This document shows, piece after piece, positions 1 through 9,583 of a stretch of DNA of 18,096 nt (within the stretch, counting starts at the first letter, position 1; every line of letters starts with the position of its first letter). The DNA is from Octopus sinensis. Its lineage: Eukaryota. A program made the position numbers and the translations under genes. The stretch covers positions 1 to 18,096 of the forward strand of contig NW_021824542.1 of NCBI RefSeq assembly GCF_006345805.1, written 5' to 3'. Below the pieces are notes generated by a model. The model ran no database searches. It had not been told where the DNA came from and saw only the letters and a program-made list of their open reading frames with translations.

Positions 1-58
1 CTGTCTTCTGTCTGTCTGTCCTGTCTCTGTCTGTCTTTCTGTCTCCCTCTCTCTCTAT
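1..58. repeat. (CTGT)n/(CT)n microsatellite, truncated by window edge
   Basis: Direct reading of sequence. Confidence 0.9.
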
Positions 59-387
59 CTATTTGGATACCTGAACGTCCGCGAAAAACTCGGTTAAAGA
101 AAGAAAGCGGGGAGCTTTTTGGTGTTAGCAGAAAAAGTTACGATGGAGGAGAGACACAATATACGAATAAGTACGGCTAAACATACTAGAAAACCTCAGC
201 ATCATATCCAATCACAATAGAATTGAAACGAGAGCTTATCAATCTCGCAAAAGCATGAGCGGTCAATAACTAATATATTAATAAATAATTATTTAAACCA
301 CTTATTAAAATTCTTGCTAATTAGTGCTGTTTATCTGTTTTTTTTTATTTACTCTACATCTTGTGTTTAATACAAATATTATGTGTA

Positions 388-957
388 AAGAAAGGTGGCG
401 TTAGCACACCGGGCAAAATGCTTAGCGGGATTTCGTTTGTCTTTACGTTCTGAGTTCAAATTCCGCCGAGGTCGACTTTGCTTTGCATCCTTTCGAGGTC
501 GATAAATTAAGTACCAGTTACGCACTGGGGTCGATGTAATCGACTTAATCTCTTTGTCTGTCCTTGTTTGTCCCCTCTATGTTTAGCCCCTTGTGGGAAA
601 TAAAGAAATAAGAAACTTTAGCACGCCGGGCGAAATGCCTATAGGTATTTCATCTGCCTTGCATCTTTTCGGGGTTGATAAATTAAGTACCAGTTACTCA
701 CTGGAGGTTGATATAATCGACTTAATCCGTTTGTCTGTCCTTGTTTGTCCTCTCTGTGTTTAGCCCCTTGTGGGTAGTAAAGGAATAGGTATTTTTTCTG
801 TCTTTACATTCTGAGTTCAAATTCAGCCGAGGTCGACTTTGCTTTTCATCCTTTCGGGGTCGATAAATTAAGTACCAGTTGCGTACTAGGGGTCGATCTA
901 ATCGACTGGCATCCCCCCCCCCAAATTTTCGGACCTTGTATCTAATGTAGAAAAAAC
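388..957 (+). mobile_element. SINE-A array of three units (about 392-611, 612-790, 791-957) inside one 13-bp target-site duplication
   Basis: Repeated core GAGTTCAAATTCCGCCGAGGTCGACTTTGC..TCATCCTTTCGGGGTCGATAAATTAAGTACCAG with B-box-like GTTCAAATTC. AATATTATGTGTA flanks both ends (375-387, 958-970). Confidence 0.9.
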
Positions 958-1489
958 AATATTATGTGTACTGATGAATATTTTCTCTCCACTTGTAAAA
1001 GTAAATTTTATCAAATCAACGTACATTAAATGCTGTTAGACATATTAGCTTTCTTTATTTGTTTTTGTTAATTGACCCCAGAACATCCCTGATCCAGTAA
1101 GATCAAAATGCATTCCGTATTTTAACTCGACGCATAGTAAATTCTGAGCTACATTTACCGAAAACTTCTTCCTTTATATAACAAGTATCATTTGAAGCGT
1201 TCCTGCCATACTCAACTCATCGATTGTTTTCGAACAGTGCGCCTAAGTGTACATTATCTAATATTTACCTTCTTTTTTTTATGACACATATTATGATTTG
1301 CAAGAGATTTCGTTATTATTTCTAGGAGATGGAACGACCACGTCAAGTGTCTCCCCCATGGGTTCATCGTGTTCTTTAGAATGTGCCACCATGTAGGGAT
1401 TGCTTTCGTTGTTACTGTATCTATCGTTTCTTCGAAAACATTGCCCTAATTTCAGTCATCTATAACACACACATGCGCACACATTTAAA

Positions 1490-1499
1490 CATGATATAT

Positions 1500-1532
<33 letters not shown>

Positions 1533-1639
1533 GTATATATATATGTATATATGTACATATATGTATATATATTTTATTATGTTTTTTCTAATATATGTAT
1601 ATATATATGTATATATATATATGCATATGTATATATATG

Positions 1640-1690
<51 letters not shown>

Positions 1691-1697
1691 GTGTATA

Positions 1698-1739
<42 letters not shown>

Positions 1740-2045
1740 TGGTGCCTTGTATCACTCATCTGTATTTATATGTATACATACATACATACACACATCTATA
1801 TATATATATGTATATATATATACATATGTATGTGTATACACATATACAAGCCTGTGCATATATATATGTATACACTCATATACGTATATAAATTTATGCG
1901 TATATAGACACATATACGCTATATATATATTATATATATATATATATATTATATATGTTTGGTTATATATATATATAAATATATAATATATATACATACA
2001 TACGTATATGTGAGTGTGTTTATATATACATACATACTAATACAC

Positions 2046-2084
<39 letters not shown>

Positions 2085-2140
2085 ATACATATGTACATAT
2101 ATATACACACACACATACACGCACGCACACACGTACATAT
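1490..2140. repeat. Degenerate (TA)n/(TATG)n/(CA)n compound microsatellite
   Basis: Direct reading; source of the Y/I/C-rich pseudo-ORFs. Confidence 0.95.
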
Positions 2141-2489
2141 GCAGGTTGCAACGCATCCCTAGATTTATAGCAGTCTATGTTTTTGCCTAATCATCCTCTT
2201 GAGAACTCTACCTCCAGTTCATTGCTTTTTTTTTCTTTTTTGCGGCAGACGATAAGTCTGTCGTCTGGTTTCGTTTTCTTAACAAATTTGGAGGGAAAAG
2301 AAAAGCCAATCATCACCATCGTCATCACCATCGTCATCACCATCGTCATCATCGTCGTCGTAGTCGTCCCCGCCTCCTCTTCCTTCTTGAATTCGCAAAT
2401 ATATATAGATTTGTGTACTAAATAACTTGTGTGAAACTATTATTGATTAGTTTTGTTTTGTCTTGTACTCACTGAGGTAAGCACATACG

Positions 2490-2900
2490 CGTCGGGACTC
2501 ACACACACACGCACACACACACATACATACACACTCACACACACACACACACAAAACACATGCTCTCTAGCACATATACATACGCACTCATATGCTCACA
2601 CATAAGTGTGGACACACACACCACACAAACACATATACACGCACACACACACACACACACACACAAAACATGCTCACACATAAGCGCGGACACACATACA
2701 CCACACACACACATATACACGCACACACACACACACACACACACAAACAAGTGCGCTCTAGCACATATACATACGCACTCATATGCTCACATATAAGCGC
2801 GGACACACACACCACACACATACACACGTACACACACAGACAGACAGACACCCACACACGCGCACACACACACATATACATACATGCATTTACATAAACA
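2490..2900. repeat. (CA)n-based compound minisatellite with a duplicated unit of about 191 bp
   Basis: CTCTAGCACATATACATACGCACTCATATGCTCACA at 2565 and 2756. ATGCTCACA.ATAAG.G.GGACACACA at 2592, 2670 and 2783. Confidence 0.85.
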
Positions 2901-3147
2901 CACGGAGACAGATTCTCACGAACTCTTACGCCGTGCATGTATTTACTTAGGTAAGCTGACATAAATATACAGGATGGATCTCCGTCGCTTTCGATGATGC
3001 GCATTCAGTCGTTCTACGAATTGTTCGTTGATCTGATGTGAATGTGGTTGAATACTCCATAGAAGCATGCAACTATTACAGAATCCTGTGGCTTGGAATC
3101 AGCGAGATACAGTATGTGACAACGATGGACTCTTAAATTAAAGGTAC

Positions 3148-3312
3148 CATATATACGGGAGGCTTCCGGAGAGTTTCTATCCTTTCGGTCACTCTGTCGA
3201 TATTTTGGTCATCTCAGCCGATTGGTAAATGACTCATGCTCATGGTGCTAAGCGGAAGAATCGAACCCAGGTCGTCGTGGTTCCGATACGTCTACGCTGC
3301 ATCTGTACGTGT
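3148..3312 (-). mobile_element. Old diverged tRNA-derived SINE related to the 5' module of SINE-B
   Basis: Minus strand has B-box GGTTCGATTC (3267-3258), then GCACCATGAGCA (cf. GCACCTTGAGCA) and GAAACTCTCCGGAAGCCTCCCGTATATAT (cf. GAAACTGAAAGAAGCCCGTCGTATATAT). Confidence 0.6.
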
Positions 3313-3339
3313 AAGCATAAATGTGTACGTACGTCAGTC

Positions 3340-3599
3340 CGTTCGTAGATATGTATGTTATGTATGTATGTATGTATGTATGTATGTATGGGTAGTAGTA
3401 TGTATGTGTATGTATGTATGTATGTATGTATGGGGTTGTATGTATGTATGTATATGTATGTATGTATGTATGTATTATGTATAATATGTATGTATGTATG
3501 TATGTATGTTGTATGTATGTATGTATGTATGTATGTAAAATGTATGTATGCATGTATGTATGTATGTAATATATTTATGTATTACAATATGTATGTATG

Positions 3600-3633
<34 letters not shown>

Positions 3634-4260
3634 TGTATGTATGTATGTATGCATGTAATGTATGTATGTATATATATGTATGTATGTATGTTATGTATGT
3701 ATGTTGTATGTATGTATGCATGTATGTATGTATGTATATATGTTGTATGTATGTATGTATGTATGTATGTATGTGTATGCATGTATGTATGTATGTATAT
3801 ATGTATGTAATGTATGTATGTATGTTATGTATTATGTAATGTAATGTATATATGTATGTATGTATGTATATATGTATGTATGTATGTAATGTATGTATAT
3901 ATGTATTAAATGTATGTATGTATGTATGTATGTATGCATGTATGTATGTATGTATATATGTATGTATGTATGTATGTATGTAGTATATATGTATGTATGT
4001 ATGTTGTATGTATATGTATGTATGTATGTAATTATGTATGCATGGTATGTATGTATGTATATATGTATGTATGTATGTATGTATGTTGTATGTATGTAAT
4101 GTATGTATGTATGTATGCATGTATGTATGTACGTATGTACGTATGTATGTATGTATGTATGTATGTATGTGAGTATGTATGTATGTATGTACGTATGTAT
4201 GTTTGTTTATGTTCATGCATGCATGTATGTATGCATGTATATGTGTGTGTATGTATTCAT
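3340..4260. repeat. Degenerate (TATG)n tetranucleotide array of about 920 bp
   Basis: Direct reading. Confidence 0.97.
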
Positions 4261-4263
4261 ATA

Positions 4264-4458
4264 TTTTTGACTTGTTTCAGTCATTTGACTGCGGTCGTGC
4301 TGTAGCGCCGCCTTTAGGCAATCAGATCAACGCCTAACACTTATTCTTTGTAAGCCTAGTACTTATTCTATTTGGCTCATTGCCGAACCGCTAAGTTACG
4401 GGGATGTAAACACACCAACATCAGTATCAAACAATGGTGGGGGACGAACACTGACACT
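4264..4458 (-). mobile_element. SINE-B 3' module (diverged copy)
   Basis: Matches 8650-8830, 12445-12620 and 17085-17200 (CTTGTTTCAGTCATTTGACTGCGG...CTTATTCTTTGTAAGCCTAGTACTTATTCTAT...GCCGAACCGCTAAGTTACGGGGA). Confidence 0.9.
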
Positions 4459-4689
4459 AATGCATACGTACATACATGCATACACACACACACGTATATA
4501 TTATATAGAGAAGAAGAAGAAGAGACGAAACGAAACCAAACGAATCGAATCGAATCGACGCGAAGGCGCTCAGTCATACAATAGTGTAATAAATAAAATA
4601 TATGCATACATACAAACATATATGTACGTACCTACATCTACATGTATATATACATGCATATATAAATATATATACGTGTGTACAGGACA

Positions 4690-4880
4690 CCACAAATAGA
4701 CGCAGAACCCAACGAGAAACGAAAACGTAAAAACAGCATGGAACGGACCGTTTTTTTAACAACGAAAAAACAGAGTACAAGACAACTACACAAGGAAAAA
4801 TCCCCTTCATCAGCTGTCCCTACTTCAACTCCAGCGTGTTTCGAAGGATGGACAGAATACGTCTCGCTGAACTAGTCCTT
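4690..4880 (-). mobile_element. Short non-coding insertion in the SINE-B spacer carrying hammerhead core motifs (Penelope-like terminal-repeat-type segment)
   Basis: Minus strand has CGAAAC and CTGATGA motifs with complementary flanks, then a T-rich tract and a microsatellite. It lies between the two modules of one SINE-B copy. Confidence 0.5.
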
Positions 4881-4956
4881 CCTGCGAAAGAATTAAAATA
4901 AAATTCCTTTGCAGAGGGGTAAAAACAAGGAAAGAAAAAATGTGACAAAAAAAGGA

Positions 4957-5114
4957 CATATACGACGGGTTTTTTTCAGTTTCCGTCTACCAAATCCACT
5001 CACAAGGCTTTGGTCGGCCTGGGCTATAGTTGAAGACACTTGCCCAAGGTGCCATGTAATAGGACAGAACCCGGAACCATGTGGTTGGGAAGCAGGCTTC
5101 TTACCACACAGCCA
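4957..5114 (-). mobile_element. SINE-B 5' module (tRNA-like head; first about 10 nt missing)
   Basis: Minus strand TGGCTGTGTGGTAAG (A box)...GGTTCCGGGTTC (B-box region)...GTGAGTGGATTTGGTAGACGGAAACTGAAA; same as 12046-12212. Confidence 0.92.
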
Positions 5115-5117
5115 CAG

Positions 5118-5252
5118 CTTTATGTGAACATCCACTGGGAAGCTAATTTCCACAACTGTGCATAGTTTCTCTTCCCCATCCCCAATCATTATATCAGGTC
5201 TGTTGTGCTTACATTTTATCGAAGTCTTCACTGGTACATTCCACAAGTATTC
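5118..5252 (-). pseudogene. Fragment of a non-LTR retrotransposon restriction-like endonuclease (PD-(D/E)xK) domain, R2/R4/NeSL-type group
   Basis: Translates to EYLWNVPVKTSIKCKHNRPDIMIGDGEEKLCTVVEISFPVDVHIK, matching the W.VP.....K..HNRPDI......K.C.IID..VP.D.NI signature of RLE domains. Bounded by a microsatellite and a SINE head. Confidence 0.85.
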
Positions 5253-5509
5253 TATGTATGTGTGTGTGTGTATGTATGTATGTATGTACGTATGTATGTA
5301 ATTATATATATATGTATGTATGTATGTGAGTGTCTGTATGTAAAAGTGTGTATATAAGTTATAGACTGATGTATATATATATTCACACTGAAAAATAAAC
5401 AAATTGGAATCTACACACACTTGTGTCCTCTACTGCATTAAAATCACCCTAGGCTCACACACGTGTACAAACATAAACGCACCTTTTCATCCTCATACAG
5501 ACTATGAAA

Positions 5510-5974
5510 CACACTGATACTCACATACACATGCATGTATGCACACACACACACACACACTAACACACACACACACACTAACACACACACTCGCACATTC
5601 AGCAGCGTTCAACTTTTCGAGCATACTTATATACACGCATACACGTATACATAGTGATACGCACATGTGCACACATATACATACACATACCCTCACACAC
5701 ATATATAAACATATACATACATACACAGCTTCCTTCTGACTATCAGACACACATACACACACACGCACGCATGCACGTATACATATATACACGCAGACAC
5801 ATATTAACGTCATCCAGATTATCAGACACAGTGATACACACACACACACACACACACACCACACACACAGAGAAACATACACATACACACACATATATAC
5901 ACACACACAAATATATATATATATATATAAATATATATATATATACATAAACAGCTTTATCCAGACTATCACAA

Positions 5975-6032
<58 letters not shown>

Positions 6033-6180
6033 TATATATATATATATATATAAACTATATATATATATATGCAGCTTCCTCCAGACTATTACACACAGAC
6101 ACACGCATACATACACACGCACATAGACATACTCACGCGCATACACACACCTTCACACACACATGCTTGTACACATAAAC
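5510..6180. repeat. (CA)n/(TA)n compound array punctuated by four copies of a motif of about 21 bp
   Basis: CAGCTT..TCCAGACTATCAC-like anchors at 5726, 5808, 5952 and 6072. Confidence 0.85.
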
Positions 6181-6297
6181 ATCAATATATAAATTATGCA
6201 TTAGGGTCTGCAGAAATGGCGTCGCATGTGCTGGAACTGTGTTTGTTTGGTCGGCGTTGAATGCGTGTGTTTGTGTAGAACAAAGGAAAGCACTGCA

Positions 6298-6400
6298 AGA
6301 ACAACAGCAACAACAACAACAACAATAACAGCAACAGTAGCAGCGGCAGCGACAGCAACAACTTCAACAGCAAAAAAAAAAAATAATAATAATAATACAC
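6298..6400. repeat. (ACA/GCA)n then (AAT)n trinucleotide tracts
   Basis: Direct reading. Confidence 0.9.
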
Positions 6401-6454
6401 GCGATTATACTACAATGTAGACAACTCCGGTTGATGATGATCAGGATGATAACG

Positions 6455-6588
6455 ATCACCACCACCACCCACCACCACCACCACCACCACCAAAACCACC
6501 ACCACCACCACCACCAAAACCACCACCACCACCACCACCACCATCATCACCCCATCATCATGATCATCATCACCATCATCATCACCAC

Positions 6589-6625
<37 letters not shown>

Positions 6626-6794
6626 TTCGTCATTATCACCAGTGCCACCCCAACACCGATCACTGCCGCCGCTACCGCCGACATCGCTGCCTCCACAATC
6701 CTCGTCGTCATCATCATCATCATCATCAATATTCATCATGAACAGCTGTAGACTGTTGTTGATGAGAATACTGAGAAGGACGTAAGCAGTTGAA

Positions 6795-6848
<54 letters not shown>

Positions 6849-6855
6849 ATGATGT

Positions 6856-6894
<39 letters not shown>

Positions 6895-7020
6895 CACCGG
6901 TGGTGGTGGTAATGATGACGATGATAATGGTGATGGTGATGATAATGGTGACGATGATAATGGTGACGATGATAATGGTGACGATGATAGTGATTCTGAC
7001 AATGGTGGTCGTTACGATAA
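6455..7020. repeat. (CAC/CAT)n block and mirror-oriented (ATG/GGT)n block around a short spacer
   Basis: Left block 6455-6738 is CAC/CAT-rich, right block 6796-7020 is ATG/GGT-rich, and 6739-6795 is a non-repetitive spacer. Confidence 0.9.
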
Positions 7021-7045
7021 CGTGATACTGATGTTAATACTACTG

Positions 7046-7080
<35 letters not shown>

Positions 7081-7450
7081 GAAAAAAGGGATTAGAAAGC
7101 CAAGCAGATATCAATAATGCATTCAGTCTTAAGCGAACATGGTTAACTAGATCCAACAATCAGACGCCAGTAAATGTAATCAGAGTATACATCTAAGGTA
7201 AATCCTCATGTATGACAAGTAGACCCAAATATCATTTAGAAGGATTTCGAGTCATTCATAGTATTAGACAACAAAAATATGTATAAAGAAAATCATATCT
7301 TTAATTGTAGAATTCACCTTACAAAGCCAACAATTGTTTCTGTCGTATCAATATATTTAGATATGGAAAGTATTGAAATTAATATTTCCGAAAATATATG
7401 TTAACACAACGTTTTCAAGTTGATCTGAAATTAGCTAAATTCAAAGTGAA

Positions 7451-7784
7451 CTAGGGAAATATTTCCAGTGCATGAACGCATATAAAAAGAAGAAATATAA
7501 TCTAAGAAACGCTAATTTGGTGACGTCAGTGGATAACGAACGAATAAAAAATAAGCATAAGAATTTTACGTTACGACAATTAGAAACAAAGAGAAATATA
7601 ATCTAAGAAAAGCTATTTTTGTCCGATTTGAATTTTTTTCTTCTACGGAAGGAAGAGCAAACCTTCTTCTATCATACTCTCAATTTTGGTCAACTTGCGC
7701 CGCAGGGTCTCGGAGGAGATAATGTTAGTTGAACGCTACCAAACCTGCCATACACAGACAACTTCAGCTTTATATATATAGAGA
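7451..7784 (-). mobile_element. Probable non-autonomous Helitron-like element (334 bp)
   Basis: Minus strand starts A|TCTCTATATATATAAAGC and ends ...GGAAATATTTCC-CTAG|T, fitting the A|TC...CTRR|T insertion signature with no TSD. Internal direct repeat AGAAATATAATCTAAGAAA.GCTA at 7491 and 7592. The canonical GC-rich subterminal hairpin is weak. Confidence 0.55.
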
Positions 7785-8627
7785 TTAACTTTTATTAAAC
7801 TAAAATTTATTTGTTACTTCTATTAAAAATAAAAAATAACTCAAAATATTTTTTGCACTTCAAAAAATCCCTTTAGAAATTTGAAAATAGGTTATAAAAA
7901 ATAATATTAGTATATAATTAGTTAGTACAATAAATAGAATAATACAAAAATTAGTTATATATTACAGTAAAATCTACGTATAACAACAAATTCACAATAA
8001 AATTTGCATGAGTTATTGCCTAAGTTATTGCCAAGTCTTCACATTTTTAGTCTTGGTCCAATGCCTACTTTGTACATAATAAATTTGTTAACCATATACA
8101 CTATTCTACTTTGCATAAAGCTTTAGCTATATTGGTACTTCTGATTCTCATTTTTAAAGTATTCTAATGTGCCAATATTTTAACAAAATGATGGTATCTT
8201 TTTTAATTATAAGGTTACTTTGTAAATTAAAATCAAATAATTTTTAATATTCAAATTTTATCCTTAGCGGCAATATTTTAAGTAAAATTCTTTTTGTTCT
8301 GTACTTTACCAGATGTAATAAGTTGTCCGGAACTCTTCCAAGTATAATAACTTGTCCTATTACGTAACACGTATTTGTGTTTACGCCAAAATATTTGCGT
8401 TCACACCGAAATATTTACCAACTTTTACCTTCAATTTATTTTTTCCATTTTATGGAAGTCAATATTTTCTCTGCTGACATCCACCTCAGCGAGGACACGG
8501 AACAAATAGAAACACTTTGAACACTGTCCCCTCTTGACAGGACAAAGAAATTTCCTGCTGTCTTTGCAAGCAACAAGCGGGTGGATTTGGTTTCAAATCA
8601 AGACAGGGCCACACGACGTCCTACAAG

Positions 8628-9033
8628 TTCTTTTATTCTTGTATTCTTTTACTTGTTTCAGTCATTTGACTGTGGCCATGCTGGAGCACCGCCTTTAGTC
8701 GAACAAATCGACCCTAGGACTTATTCTTTGTAAGCCTAGTACTTATTCTATTGGTCTCTTTTGCCGAACCGTTAAGTTATGGGGACGTGAAAACACCAAC
8801 ATCGGTTGTCAAGCGATGGTGGGGGTACAAACACAAACACACACACACACACATACACACGCATATACGATGGGCTTCTTTCAGTTTCCGTCTATCAAAT
8901 CCACTCACAAGGCTTTCGTCGGGCCGAGGCTATATCAGAAAATACTTGCTCAAGGTGCCATGCAGTGGGACTGAACCCAGAGTCATGTGGTTGGTAAGCA
9001 AGCTATTTTCCACACAGCCACTCCTACGCCTAT
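8628..9033 (-). mobile_element. SINE-B, full length, short internal (CA)n spacer
   Basis: Head with A/B boxes (9033-8960), 5' module, spacer 8835-8866, 3' module and (AATAAAAG)-like tail. Confidence 0.95.
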
Positions 9034-9226
9034 ATTTATAATAAGTGGCGTTATATCGGGGTTGAAAGAATGACACGTACACTATTAAATATGCTAAGAC
9101 AATCTGAAAGCAATAGAAACTTTTAAACATTTACCAGTTTTTATGAAATTTTTGTTAACGGACTTGAGTTAACGGAAGCTAAATGTAACGGAAATTAATT
9201 AGTCCGATAATTATTTTCAAAGTTAA

Positions 9227-9281
<55 letters not shown>

Positions 9282-9370
9282 GATTAGACAGATATAGATA
9301 TAAAGAGCTTGGCGTAAGTCCGTTAATCCGTTAATAATTAATTAACTTTGAAAATAATTATTGGACTAAT

Positions 9371-9534
9371 TATATATACCGGAGTAAGCACATAAATGTG
9401 AAACAAGGTGGAGAAAATAGTACTCGAATGCCAGAGGTAGAGTAAAATGCTTTATTAAAAAGCAGCAGAAATATCACAAAAACTGTTACTCAGAGTTTCA
9501 CGTACTCGTTCGAACGGGAACGTTAAATTCTGAG
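9371..9534 (-). mobile_element. Penelope-like terminal-repeat fragment with half hammerhead, ending in a 46-bp fold-back
   Basis: Minus strand GA-ACG agta CGT-GAAA-CTCTGAGT-A-ACAGTTT, downstream AATAAA (9456-9451), ending in (TA)n. Near-palindrome 9489-9534. Confidence 0.55.
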
Positions 9535-9583
9535 AACGTGTCATTCTTTCAAGCCCGATATAACGCCACTTATTATTATAAAT

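Noticed and set aside
972-1000. CTGATGA at 972 and CTGACGA at 13496 as hammerhead cores
   Set aside because: No stem II/GAAA/stem III arrangement; the second is simply SINE-A sequence.
1295-1345. Weak similarity to 14843-14882 (…AAGA…TTTCTAG.AG)
   Set aside because: Possibly an old dispersed repeat, but too short and diverged to define.
1383-4305. Many long ORFs rich in Y/I/C/M/V/H/T
   Set aside because: Translations of (TA)n, (TATG)n and (CA)n; open on both strands for compositional reasons.
5726-6092. CRISPR-like repeat/spacer appearance
   Set aside because: Eukaryotic context, degenerate repeats, low-complexity spacers of unequal length and no cas genes.
6194-7025. Poly-His, poly-Asp, poly-Met and poly-Thr ORFs
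   Set aside because: Pure triplet repeats open in several frames, with no splice or domain support.
7790-8420. Very AT-rich block considered as a NUMT or LINE relic
   Set aside because: No mitochondrial or RT motifs recognisable in translation.
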